From Felis catus (Eukaryota), in contig NC_058368.1 of assembly GCF_018350175.1 (NCBI RefSeq), positions 118,794,001 through 118,858,000 on the forward strand: 64,000 bases of DNA, given 5' to 3'. The position numbers and the translations under genes are program-made. A model generated the notes under the pieces. That model saw nothing but the letters and a program-made list of their open reading frames with translations, ran no database searches and was not told the origin of the DNA. Shown here piece after piece: positions 1 through 12,199 of this stretch (position 1 is its first letter; each line of letters begins with the position of its first letter).

Positions 1-518
1 AGCTAAAGTTTCAGCTCTTGTCATTGCTACAGTTGGGCGTTAATGGAGGGAACCCCAGGAGTGAAAAATGTGCAGATACTCCCAGCTTGACTGTGAGGGT
101 AATAGAGAGGACTTAGGGACTCACCTGCTAAGATTGTAGTTGTAAAATTATTTTCTCCTATCCTAATGTCAGTAATTTGTTATTTTTGGCCTCAGTGGGA
201 AAAGTGAGAATTTGATAGAAGCTTCAGAGCCAATAGCAAAACTGACCATTTGTTGTTTGTGTGTTTTGTTTAGGTTTTTTAGGGGTGAGATTTTTTGCCT
301 GCTGTTGTCATTTTTCAGTAAATGTAGCCAGACACTTGTGTAGTGAAAGCGGTATGTACGATTATGCAGAAAATCTTGGCCATTATCATTATCTCTGGGC
401 ATCGTATTTCGCATGTATATGTTCTCTGAGATGTCTCACAACTAAAATATGTGCTGTCTGCTTCTTGGAGGAATACTTATATATTATTGATATTCTTTTG
501 CTATAGGCATCCATCATT

Positions 519-727
519 ATATAAATTTTTTTAATGTTTATTTTTGAGAAAGAGAGACAGAGTGAGTGGGGGAGGGGCAGAGAGAGAGGGAGACACAGAA
601 TCCAAAACAGGTTCCAGGCTCTGAGGGGTCAGCCCAGAGACTGATGCGGGGCTCGAACTCACAAACCGCAAGATCATGACCTGAGTCAAAGTTGGATGCT
701 TAGCTGACTGAGCCACTCAGGCACCCC
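519..727 (-). mobile_element. CanSINE (SINEC_Fc-like)
   Basis: Reverse strand reads GGGGTGCCTGAGTGGCTCAGTC head, CT-rich tract and A-rich tail. 13-bp TSD GGCATCCATCATT at 506-518 and 728-740. Confidence 0.95.
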
Positions 728-2129
728 GGCATCCATCATTCTATATATATACATAAATAAATGTTCTATACCATTGTTGAGATCATGAGTTTTATTGACA
801 TGATTCTGAAACACAAATAAGCAAACAGCATAATTCTATCAGTAGTTTCAAAAATCAGAGTACTATGGAGTGTGCATTCTATTGTTATGCTAAAATACAA
901 TAGTCATAGATTTTAAATTGTGGTCATTTTATAGCAAATAAATACATGTTGTTGCTATGAGTAAAACAGAAGCAAACAAATGAAATTCTGTTAGCTGTAA
1001 AAATGGTAGTCTGTACTATAGTAATTGACAGGGGGATTGAAGAGTAAGTTCTTGTAATGGTTTCAAACACCCTGCATTCCAGCCACACCCCCAGATAATT
1101 TCAGCCATGTACTACTGGCCAAGAACCACTTGGATATGCAAGGATGTGAAAAAACATTCAGAACCCACATTGTGTTCATAGAGTATGTCCCTAACGATGC
1201 CTTTAGCCAAAGGCATAATTCTTGTACAAATGAGATAGGAAGCTGGAGGTGTTTCCTCCATATAAAAGCCACTGAAAACAAAAAAGAAAACAAACAAAAA
1301 AGTCTTAAGAACTTTTTAATTGTCCTGTGCTGACCACTAACCAGAGAACAGATGAGTGCAGGCCTCTGGGCCTGGGCTGCTTGCTCTCTTGAACCTGGAA
1401 ATTGTTCCTGGTCAGAGCTCGGGTTCCTGGGTTTGGTTGCAGTTCAGAAGTCATGGCCAGGCCTTGCCTACTAGGTCATTACCGAGGGAGGAGTGTTGTG
1501 GGGAGAGGCCTGAGAAGGCAAGGCCTTGCTTATTTACCAGCTGTAACTATAGAAGAAAGTGAGGACTAGACAGTCAAAAGGAGGCCACACTTTTTCCCAG
1601 GACTCAAGACAGAGTGAAGTGGGAACAGGTATTAAACTGACAAGATAGTAACTTATCCCTCAGCTGACAAATCTTACTGTGTTATAGTAGAGTTGTTTTT
1701 AAGCCTATCCCATCTTGTCAAATACATCGTGAACTCTTGAAGTTAAGGACCTTGGCAGGTGCTAAGTTGTATTCCATTTGTTGTATTTGATTGTGCTGTG
1801 TGCTCAGTAACTTGTTTTTGCCGGATTAATTGAGAAAAAGAGAAACAAGCCATACTCTTCAAATTTAATCTCTTGCATTATATGAATTCCATCTGCTATG
1901 TGAATCCACCGAAGAGAAGACTGGAGGCAGAATTGGGGAATTTACAATGTGTTGAGTCTTATTGAATCTGTTGCTCCATTTCCATTTTCCTTTGCAAATG
2001 TGGCAGGCATCTAAAGGAAACTCATAAATCAGTGGTTAAGAAGGCTTCTAGTGCTATGGCTGGGTCTATAAAGAAGCTTGGCATAGCATAAAGGAACATA
2101 GTAAGTCCTGCTACCCCAGAGGCTGTACA

Positions 2130-2410
2130 CTGTGGTGGCCAGAACCCAGGGCTTAAAGCCAGGGGATTGGGGTCTGAACCTCAGCCCTGTCACTTACAGG
2201 CAAGCCTCAAATTGGCCCAAGTTTCCACATCTGTAAAATAGGAATTGTATTGTGCCTCTTGGCTTGTTGAGTAAGTTAAATGAGATTTATTAATGTACTC
2301 ACTCAGTAATTATTTCTTGAATACTCACAGGCACTATTTTAGGCATTGGAGGTAGAACAGTAAATAAAATGGACAAAAATCCCTGCCCTTGGGGAATTTA
2401 TATTCTAGAA
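2130..2410. mobile_element. MIR fragment (+) followed by L2 3' end (-)
   Basis: MIR core gtttccacatctgtaaaatagg; L2-like caggcactattttaggcattggaggtagaacagtaaataaaatggacaaaaatccctgccctt. Confidence 0.6.
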
Positions 2411-3411
2411 ATATAATGCATATCATGGCATCAAATAAATGTTTCATTCAAAGAGTCTGTGGATTTCTGGTGAGCTCATGTGATGAATTTTTACTGTGTA
2501 TTTCCATGAGAATGTATGTTGCAACCCTAGGCACTTAGGACCATTATTGGGCCACATGCCTAAATTGAGAATGGCCCATTAAGTAGGACATTTATGCATT
2601 CTTGCTAAATCCCACTATGTTTAGAAAGTCTGTTCCAGTGGAATTGGATTGCTGTCATTTTCACCTCTCTGAAGTGCTTGGACCGAACATTCCAGCAGTT
2701 GGCTGAGGCTCATTACTGCAGGTGGTGTTGTGGCTGGGTGATCTCCACATTGTTTTCTCAGTCATTGGTCTTTGCGCTCTCTGTGACTTAATGCGATTTT
2801 ACAGAGTTGCTAAAGCTGTGTGTTTGTTTGTTTGTTTGTGTAATTTGTGGAAATAAGTCAAAGGGCTAGCTAGCATGACCAGTTAAAATCCACAAGCTGT
2901 ATTTTAGTAGTTTTAATATTTCCTCTCCAAGCTTTTGATCAGCTGCCCATCAAAGAACAAAATGACAGATTGAAGGTTTCAGTTCCTTAGGTTTTCATTG
3001 CCTTCCTTCTGGGGCTTTTTCTTAGAGCATCAAAATTCCCAAAATCCATGAAAAGAGAGAGCACGCCTGGAAAGCAAACCCCAGGGGGACTGCAGAGCCG
3101 CCTAAAATCACATGTCCTCTCCTGAGAGGTGTGTGTCCAGACCCGTCTTCCATGTGCTATCGTTTTTCTGATGCAGTGGATTTCCAAGTCTCCGGTGGCA
3201 CACAGCCCATTTAGTTAAAAAATGTAAACAGGAAATTGTTTCCTGGCTGAATGGCCCGTGTGGCCCAGAAAAATGGTCATTTTTGCTGAGACACAACTTT
3301 AGAACCACTCACATAGCAGTGGAGGCTGAAGGCCTCTGAGAAGCTTGCCCCGTCCCAGACAGGCTGGTGCTAGGGTCTGAGTGGGAGCTCATGTACGTGG
3401 GCCCAGGGCGT

Positions 3412-3430
3412 CTTCCACCAGGGGGCAAGG
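3412..3430 (+). promoter_or_regulatory. Candidate CTCF binding motif
   Basis: cttCCACCAGGGGGCaagg matches the CCACCAGGGGGC core of the CTCF consensus. Motif match only. Confidence 0.4.
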
Positions 3431-3701
3431 GCACAGTGGACACCACTGAAGATGCTCCTGTGACCTAGAAAGAATTTCTGCAGGTCAGAGAGACACAGTA
3501 ATGCTCCAAGGAACGGCAGAAGAGCCGCTGCTTGGAAGATGCAGAGGTCTGGAGACCTGTGACTTGGCGCTGATGACACAGCCTGGGCTTCGGTGCCCCT
3601 CTTCTGCTCCAGCTCCCCATCATTTGGCCTGCCATGAACCTCGTGCTCCCATTGTGGTTTCCCTGTGTGCTGACAAGTTTTCTGGTTGTTCTGTCTTGCA
3701 G

Positions 3702-3812
3702 CCCCCCGAATCCAAGCCCAACTTCACCCCTCTCGCCATCTTGGCCCATGTTCTCGGCGCCATCCAGCCCTATGCCCACCTCATCCACGTCCAGCGACTC
3801 ATCCCCCATCAG
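3702..3812 (+). CDS. ARHGAP26: ARHGAP26 same exon, short form (internal donor; GRAF1b-type, 55 aa shorter)
   Basis: Internal donor ATCAG|gtctgt at 3812/3813. 111 nt, phase 2-2. Joining to 9681 gives ...SSDSSPI-STPFRK, removing exactly 55 codons as in the known shorter human isoform. Confidence 0.8.
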
Positions 3813-3977
3813 GTCTGTTGCAGGGTTTGTTTGGTTTTCTGTTGCTGCCGTTGTTCTCTCATTGGCTTGGTCCTCTCTTCATGCAGTGTTCAGCCTCCTC
3901 GTCAACTTTGTTCCCCGCCATCCAAACCTGCACTTGCTTTTTGACAGGCCAGAAGAAGCGGTTCGTGAAGACTCCAG
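3702..3977 (+). CDS. ARHGAP26: ARHGAP26/GRAF1 internal coding exon, long (GRAF1a-type) form: Ser/Pro-rich linker plus hydrophobic segment
   Basis: Acceptor ttctgtcttgcag|C at 3701/3702 and donor CAG|gtaaaa at 3977/3978. Translation PPNPSPTSPLSPSWPMFSAPSSPMPTSSTSSDSSPIRSVAGFVWFSVAAVVLSLAWSSLHAVFSLLVNFVPRHPNLHLLFDRPEEAVREDS matches the GRAF1 C-terminal region as I recall it. 276 nt, phase 2-2. Confidence 0.95.
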
Positions 3978-6954
3978 GTAAAATCACGGATGATGACCAA
4001 TCCATTCCTGTTTATCCAAAGCTGGTCAGGGACAGTGGTGGGGGGGGACTAGCCTCTACCCTCCTCTGATTCCAGCCTAAGAGACTGAAGCTGGGAGGGA
4101 CCATGTGCATGAACCAGCATGGCATTTTCCACGCCTTTCTGAACCCTTCCTCCAGTTTCTGAATTAATCCGTGATGCCTGGAGTTTGGGGAAAGAGTGCC
4201 TCCTCAACGGCCTCCTGTTTGGATGGTTCTCAGAATCATGGGCTCTCTGTGCTTTGGTATAAGATAATATCAGAGGGAACAGTGCTGAGACACTTACTGG
4301 CCTTTTCTTCCCTTATGTTTATCGGGTAGCATAAGGCAACTTTTATTTGTGGGGTTGGACCATTGGCCATGAGCAGTGACACCTAGCTGCTGAGACCAGA
4401 GAAGTGGGAGAGAGACACAGGTAACACAGAGTAAAGGATGGAGATAGGAAGTGATTGCTCTTTAAATCGTCGAGGGCTGCCTCTTGCCCTCTGCATGCTC
4501 CCAGCCTGCTCGGATCTCCATGCCTCATGGACCCTTAGTGTTCATGGGAAGAGGCAATACCTCTTTCTGAGGCTTGATCTAGTTCCTCTTCCCTGGTTTG
4601 AGAATATCCAGACTTCATTCTTTATACTTCTGTAGAGAAAAGAAGCTATTTAAATCCAGGAAAAGAATCAGTGAATAAAGATCCTGTAGGATCTCTCTGA
4701 TATGTAGATCCTAAGCCTATATCTCTCTCAAACTTAGTCTCTGGTTGCAGACAACCAAAATGTAGAGCCTACTTACATAGCGTCATAAGCATTTGGAGCC
4801 TTGGCAGTATTTTCTTGTCCATCTTTTTTCTCATATCTGTTTTTTTCCTGGAGGGGTGGGTCCAGCAGAGAGGCTTGAACAATTGACAACACTTAGCCTC
4901 ACTTTAAAAATAAAAAGAAAACCCATGCTATTTATATATACAGATGTATATATTTATTTTCCTCCATGTACTTGCCAATCTATTATTTCATGCTATCCCC
5001 ATCTGAGGATGGGAGGAGAAATGGCCTGAAACCTCTTACAGAGAAAGAAAACTAAGGCACAGGGAGGTGACTACGTAGTCACATGACTGGATGAGCACCC
5101 ATCCAGAGGACTTCTTGTCCTCAACCCAGCACTCTTTCCTCCAAACATACGGGTGCCCCCAAACCTAAGGTTCCATGCGACTCCCAGCCCCGGAGCCTGG
5201 CCTGCTGTTCTTGGTTTTCTATCTAGCTTTGCACTGGAAGGTGGGAAGGATAGCTTTTCCATATACTCTTTTACCCTCATCCTGGGAATAAGGTTAAAAT
5301 TCAGATCATATTTTCCTGAAACTTAAGTTATTTCCTCATTATTTCTTAGACATATTCTGGGCACTTGGGGAGACGTTAACTTTCTAGGACACGAGATATG
5401 GCATGGATCTAACCTTTCTGGTTAGATGCCTGATTGCTCCATGAAGACCTGAACCAGAGCAAACTACAGAGACCTGGGGCAGTCACCTTCCAATATCCCT
5501 CCCTACTTATAGGATAGGCCCAGTCACTAGGAGAATATGCTTCCTTCGTTTTGATCAAAGGGGAGTAAAACCTTGAAAACATTGGTCCTTTAAACAGAAT
5601 GGGCTGGGGGACTCAGGATGATAGAATCATTTGGCTAAAAATGTGGGCATATTCTCTGCTTTAGGAGTGTCCACTTTTTGTGTCTCTGAGTTTCGGGAAA
5701 CAGCCTGTTGCCTGTCCAATATCTGTTCCTCTGTACTCCTTGCCATCACCCAACATATTTTCCAGGTATTTTTCTTTAGCTACTCCTCTCCATCTCCCAA
5801 AGTATTTCAAGATTGGCAATAGGATCTGCTACCGTGATGTGTTTGGGGTCATGGTTATTCAGCACTGCCCACTCTGGCCACCATTAAAGTAGCACCATCT
5901 GGACAATCTTAATCCACAACACTTGAGGAAGCTGCCATTTTGAAAGAGGAAAGGCCCACTAGGGCTTGGAATTGACTGGCACTGAGCTAAGTATGTGTGC
6001 CAAGGTGAGCACTGATAGAGACCCTACGGGGAGCTAGCCCATCAGAACTAGCCAAGAGGGTTGAAATCCCCTAGTTGCCATTGCGGTATGCAGCCAAGAA
6101 ATGGGGGTGTACGCCTATCATTCAGGTCCACTGGGGCCTTTCCCCCACACCCACCTCCATAGTGTGAAGCTTCAGATTTCCTTCCCTTGGTAAATAACTA
6201 CTTAATTAGATGTAATAAGTGGTCCCATGAACTTCTCTTTAATGTCTCCTCTGGAAGTGGCTCCCTCTCCCCTCCACCAGGCATATAATTTGAAGCTCAG
6301 GAAGGAAAAGGCCTTTGACAGCACAGCAGAGGAAGGGTACTGGAGGCATATTCCCTTCCCACTTCCCTTTCCTGTCACCCCTACAAAATCTCTAGTGCCT
6401 AAACCATAACTTCCACTTACACAGTAGCCTCTGGCAGTTGTGCCTAAATGATCAAGCTATTGCATCCTGCCAGTCTAGCTGGTCCCACCTCCCTGTAGTG
6501 TCATCTGATGGAGAGTGGCTTGTCATTTTGCAAGGTTTGCAAGGGCATTTGAGGGAAGCTCCTCTGAGTGCTTTCCTGGCCTTGTGCCATGCTCAGAGGC
6601 GAAAATTAAAAATGAACTAGCAGAAGGTTCCAAACTTGTTCATGCCCTTGAAGGCCAGCTGAGGTCTGAAGGGCGCTGTTACAGGAGCAGCTGAACACAC
6701 CTCAGGCTCTCTGTGTCCAATGTTGAGATGCACCGCAGGGAACGGGGAGCTCAAGAGCCAAAGGTGCTTGGTGGGGAGTTTTTATTTTTTTAGTTAGAGC
6801 CAAAGCCTACAAACACAACCTCCTGCCACCTGGATCTGTTTTGGTAGGAACTCTACCTAAAGCAAACTGCTGGGGCTTTTGACAGTGAATATGGCATAGG
6901 ACACTGGACTGGTTGGGCTGACCAGCTTTTAAAAAGATAAGAGTTGCCCCCTGA

Positions 6955-7166
6955 TAGAGATGCCAGATTTGGCGAATGTTTTGCAAATAAAATGAAAATA
7001 CAGAATATCCAATTATGTTTGAATTATAGGTAAACAGCAAATGCTGTTTCTTATGATAAGTATGTCCCATGTACTATTTGGGACATACTTAGACTAAAAA
7101 GAGCATTTCCCACTGATCTGAAGTTGTTTTTTAACTGGGTGTCTTATCCTTTATTTGGTGGCCCTA
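6955..7166. mobile_element. MER53 palindromic hAT MITE
   Basis: Termini tagagatgccaga...tttggtggcccta and central palindrome TAAGTATGTCCCA...TGGGACATACTTA, characteristic of MER53. Confidence 0.85.
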
Positions 7167-8664
7167 GTCCCAGGGACAGCAGTGGGAGGACATCTCAGGA
7201 GAAAAGACCCTCTCCTAAATGGTCAGTCAACTGTTAATCTCAGAAAAAAGCAAGGCCCTTTCTTGATCTTTGTTTTTATTTTTAATGGGTTATTGCATTG
7301 TCACTTTATTCAGTTCCCAAAGCTTAACATTAGTGGAAAATTTATTCCTTTTGAATAATAATCTTCAGCACGAGACCATTCCCTCTGCTCTCTTCTGCCA
7401 GATTACCCCAGTTGGCTTCCCTGGTTTGCCCATTTTGTCCCATTCCCTTTATTTAATGAAATTAATAAGTAACCTCTATGAGAATCCCCTGGAAGAGCCT
7501 TGCCTCAGATGATCTTTCCCTCGCCTTTGATTTTCTTGCCCCCAGTCTCTGTTCTTCACCCACCTCCTGTTGCCCTGTCCTTAAGGGATAGTGACTCTGG
7601 CTAATGTCAGCCGGATTCTCCTTCCACTTCCCTGGCTCTCCTTGCCTGCCAATATGGGGTTTGGGCTGTTTTATCACTTTCTACAACCAGGCAACTCCTC
7701 CTCTCAGCTCCCACTGCCTCAAAAACAAAGACCAAAACAAACATTTTTCCCCTCCATGGAAAGTTGCACAATGGATGTTTGGCCCTTGCTGACAATATGC
7801 ATACTTGGTTCACTTAGATCACAGAATATGCCCCTTGTCCCAGACTCCATTCTGACTTTAATGACAATTATCCCAGAAGAGCTGTTTTCCAGTTGAAACT
7901 AATGAATTATGATGGCTCTTCTTTCCTTCATTCCACATAGACCCACTTCATTTTCTCCCCATTTCCCAATTTTCTCCCACCTGGCTGCCATCTCTGGGCT
8001 ACTAGAAGGCCAGCAAGAAGAACAGTAAACTGTGCCTAGCAACAAATTCTGGATACTCATTTATTCTGATCCTTGTGCACAGCAGACCTTTTAAGCTATC
8101 TCCTTCAGTTTTCATGGAGCCCAGACTAGAAGTTCTAGATGCCTGGTCCTAGTGTAGGTGTCCATCCATCCATGGCTCCTCTTTTCCAAAGGGAGGATGG
8201 ATTTGGTGACTCAGAAGTACCAATTCCGTGATGACCCAAGACCTCTGCCTCTTCTGATGTTGTCTGGGCTTACCTGAGACCAGCCCTTCCTCAGCTAAAC
8301 CTCATTTGGCCACTAGAAATCAGTGGGCCCCAGGGTGTTTGGCTCCACTGACTCCTGGAGGCTTTCTGTTAGTCAAATGTAGCTAAAGTAAATACTGTAT
8401 CCCTGGAATAGTTGCTTAACCCGGAGGACCTACTTGTTCTTTTGCTATTCTGCCCCGGAGCCCCTAAATGTGCTTCTTCAGAGGTCTTAGAAGAGATTAC
8501 TTTTAGCAAATAAAGAGCTAACTTTGACTGTTAAGTGTCATTTCTATTATGACCCTTGAAAAGTCCATTGATCATTTGGAACTACTGGATATCAAAGCAA
8601 AGATTGATAGGTGGTGATAGGATTTATCACTTCTTAAAATTTACTCTTCAGAACACGAATTAGG

Positions 8665-8877
8665 AATCCGTGGCCCTTCAGTCAAATCCAACCTACCACC
8701 TGTTTTTTCTAAGTAAAATTTTGATGGAACGCAGCCATACGAATTCATTTACACAATGTCCATGGCTGTTTTTATGACACAAGGCAAAGCTGAGTAATTG
8801 CAACAGAGACCATACAGCCCACAAAGACCAGAATATTTACTGCTAGGCCATTTACAGCATGAGTTTGCCAACCCCTG
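8665..8877 (+). mobile_element. MER58A-like hAT-Charlie MITE
   Basis: gctgagtaattgcaacagagaccatacagcccacaaagaccagaatatttact...tttgccaacccctg matches the MER58A consensus. Confidence 0.8.
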
Positions 8878-8885
8878 TTCTGGAA

Positions 8886-9025
8886 CCGTGGTTCTCAGCT
8901 CTCGTGCACACTAGAGTCACTTGAAGAGCTTTTCAAAAATACTGATGACTATATTTATATCTGAAGGTTGGTATAGAATCCAGATATCTGCATTTGTTAA
9001 GAGCTTCCTGGTGACTTTGATGCAC
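8886..9025. mobile_element. MER5-like hAT fragment
   Basis: gtggttctcagct...tagagtcacttgaagagctttt...aatactgatg...aagagcttcctggtgactttgatgca. Confidence 0.55.
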
Positions 9026-9680
9026 GTATATATGTCATGTTCTCTCCCCCTTCTTCCTCTCCACACTCCCCACACACGTTCACGTAACTGCTCACACACC
9101 CACCTTGTCTGTTCCCTGCCCTACCCCGGGGGTCGGGGAGTTCCACCTCTGGAATCCTGCTCCACCAGCCCAATGAGAGAAATAAGTAACATCTGGGAGA
9201 GCGAATGTCAGCCCATAGCCTAGAGCCGAAAAATGGCTTAGTTAGAATTTCTGCTTTTTGACTCACTGAGCATTGCCAATTTTCAACAAGGTCTTTTGGG
9301 AGTGTTCTCCAGAGCAAGTAGGAAGCCCTTTCCCCACCACCCTTTTCCCAAACTACTCCTGCTCCAAAAATGGGTCCCAGCCTGCACTCCCACCATTCAG
9401 GTGTCCTGACACCTAGGCAGAGTTTTAACGTGGCACAGAGGTGACCCCACAAGGCGTGTGGTTTCTCGGGGCTTACAGCTTTTCTCTGAATAATTCTCAT
9501 TTTTCTCTCGTGACCTTTGCAACTCTTCCGCCTCATGTTTTGCCATCTGGCTGTCTTGTCAGGCTGTTGCCACAAGAGATAACTAGGTGGCTTGCAGGGA
9601 AGGGGAAGAAGAGAGATTAAATATCTGGGGCTTTCAGATGGTTTAAAAATACTGCTAAATAAACTCCTGTTTTCACACAG

Positions 9681-9772
9681 CACACCGTTCCGGAAGGCAA
9701 AAGCCTTATATGCCTGCAAAGCTGAACATGACTCAGAACTCTCGTTCACAGCAGGCACAGTCTTCGACAATG
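9681..9772 (+). CDS. ARHGAP26: ARHGAP26 penultimate coding exon (N-terminal half of SH3 domain)
   Basis: Acceptor ttttcacacag|C and donor AATG|gtgagt. 92 nt encoding (S)TPFRKAKALYACKAEHDSELSFTAGTVFDN(V), with the SH3 ALY...ELSF motif. Confidence 0.97.
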
Positions 9773-9910
9773 GTGAGTTTCTCATCCCTTTGCACAGATC
9801 TGGGCGGCGGCGGGGGGGGGCGGGGGGGGAAGCTAATAAATAACTGCAGTTTTCAAAGTTCCTACCTAAAAAAAAAATGACAGTCTCATTGAATGGGTAA
9901 GACTGAAAAG

Positions 9911-9914
<4 letters not shown>

Positions 9915-9989
<75 letters not shown>

Positions 9990-10035
9990 ACAGAGAGACA
10001 GAGACAGAGACAGAGAGAGACAGAGGCAGAGAGAG
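9915..10035 (+). repeat. Compound microsatellite (GT)23(GA)n plus GAGACA-type units
   Basis: Directly visible. Confidence 0.95.
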
Positions 10036-12199
10036 TATTCCCAAAATACGCGAGAAGCAGCAGGACTTGCGGAGGCATTGTCAAGAGAGGACAGTGTACT
10101 GAAGCCTTCACTTTGACGGAGGCAACCTCATGGAAGTGTTTTGGACGTTAAAAGTGGATTGTACCTGCACAGGACTCAGCCCAGCAACTTGGCAGTGACT
10201 TTGAGAGTCTGGGGGCTGTACAGAGGGTAGAAGATAACAGAGCAGAGAACAGGAGTCTTGTAAGTAGTCAGCTCAGGGCAGAGACTGAGGTACAGAATTT
10301 CTCATTGGGTTCAGTGGCATTCACCCTCCAGAGGAGGTGAGGCTCGTCTCTGAGATGGCAGGGTACCCGGGGACCTCTGTGTCAATGAGCCCTGCTGCAG
10401 CCCTGCGTGCCCTCCCCCGAACTGTTGGGAAGTGTAGAGTAAACTCTCTAAGTCACATCTCTCTGCAGACTGCCAGCTGTCCTGCTCAGGTGTCCTGGTG
10501 TGAAACTGGATTCGTGGCACCTGCACCATAGAACTGGGAACTAGTACTTACTCGATGTACCTTTTCCTGGATCTTTTTGCTTGTTTTCTTCCCTAAACCA
10601 AGAAAAAGGCAGTATTTTTTTTTTTAAGTGAGTATTGATGCCATGACTTGTCATAACCATTTACCTAAGAGAAAATCATGTTTCTGGGAAAAAGCCAGAG
10701 TCTCTGTTATTGCTGAGATTTTTGCCAGATGAACTTCTCCTTTAGGGTTCGTCTTTGTGGATGCTTGGGTGAAAGGGTGTGTTTGTTTTGCCCAAAGGAG
10801 GAGCCCAGAGCAGCTGCCTGATTTCAGGAAGTGGACATTTTCTAGGGATGCCTTCTTGACTTCAGGTGGGGTGGTGGCAAATTTCCTGAGCAAGGCTGAG
10901 TGAGTGCAGGTTGCCCAAGCACTCCCCTTCAGGGCTGAGTGCCTCACGTTGGCCTAGATCACACCTCCTGCCACCTGCCTGAGACCTAGAAATACAGGGC
11001 AGCCAAGGCCCCCACGTAGCACTGGCGAGCCTGAGCTCTAGATTCAGGCCACCAAAGCACAAGTCCTGGTTTGTGCCTCTGTGACCTGAAGCAGTGACAG
11101 CCTCTCTGTGCCTCACTTCTGTCCTACCAGGGTAACAGACGGTTGCAGGGAAGAGTGGAGTGGTGCACACACAATATATTTAGTTACTCAACACATATTA
11201 AGCATTCAACACTGTTAGTAGGATGATTGTCATCGTTTCGCCTGTCCTAGGTAAAGGGCCTGCTGTTCTGACAGTTCACAATGATGTGTTTACCTTTTTC
11301 CCTGATATGACCCAGGCCTGGCTCTTGGCTGGGCAGTAGGCACTACACCTTGATCTCTGAGTCATGGCTGTCTTTACCAGCCTCACATTCTAAGCCAGAG
11401 CAGAGATGAACTCCTGGGGACACCCTTGATGGCATTCACACACGAAGGGACTGCCCCCTCTGTGTGCCCAGCCCCTGCATTCACCGTGGCAGAGATAATA
11501 ATCAGGCATGGGGGACCGACTGGGGAACAGGCCACAGAGGTCACACTTGGACCTTCTGAGCCAGTAGGGACAGGGGCAAGCTCTTAACTGTATGTGACCT
11601 CCTGGGCCCACGTCCTCCTTTATGGTTCCCCAAGCCCAAAAAGCACTGTCCTTAATTAAATCTTTGCTCCATTAACTTTCATCCGGGTGCCTTGCATACC
11701 AAAGTATACCAACAGCCATCCCAGCTGCCTGCCTGTCAGCAGCTGGAGTAATCAGGCTGACCTGAGGTGAAGCTGGTCCCCTGAAGGCTGTCCAAAGCCA
11801 TGTCATTGACAAGCATGCCCGGTCCGAATAGGCCCCTAGGTAGAGTCACAGCTCAGCCATCACATGACACAGATCTCACAACAGACAAACCAGAGCAGGC
11901 CGAGTGCACAGGCTTCTGTGTCTTACTCTGTCAGCAGGGGTGGGGCTTGTGCCTGTAGAGGAGCAAGATTTGAGAGATTGCCACATTTACGGGTGAATCC
12001 AGAATTTAAAGTCTGTCCTCTAAACTCCAGTTCACTGCTCTTGTGGGCAAGGGACTGCCTTGTTCCTATCAGCCATTCACTGTGACTGCAGAGAGGACCC
12101 CTGATCTCAGGGGCAGAGTTGGTTTTAACTCTCAAAAGGTATGTGTATGTGTGTGCATCTTGTTTGTGACTCTTTTTCTTGAGTGCAGCCTCCTTGTGT

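Noticed and set aside
3465..4069. Overlapping ORFs in all three + frames and one - frame around the alternative exon
   Set aside because: CT-rich, stop-poor composition explains the open frames; only the 3634 frame matches GRAF1 and the splice phases.
8997..9785. 262-aa minus-strand ORF antisense to the SH3 exon
   Set aside because: No recognisable domain, runs into a MER5-like repeat, and has no promoter or splice support; best explained as a chance ORF.
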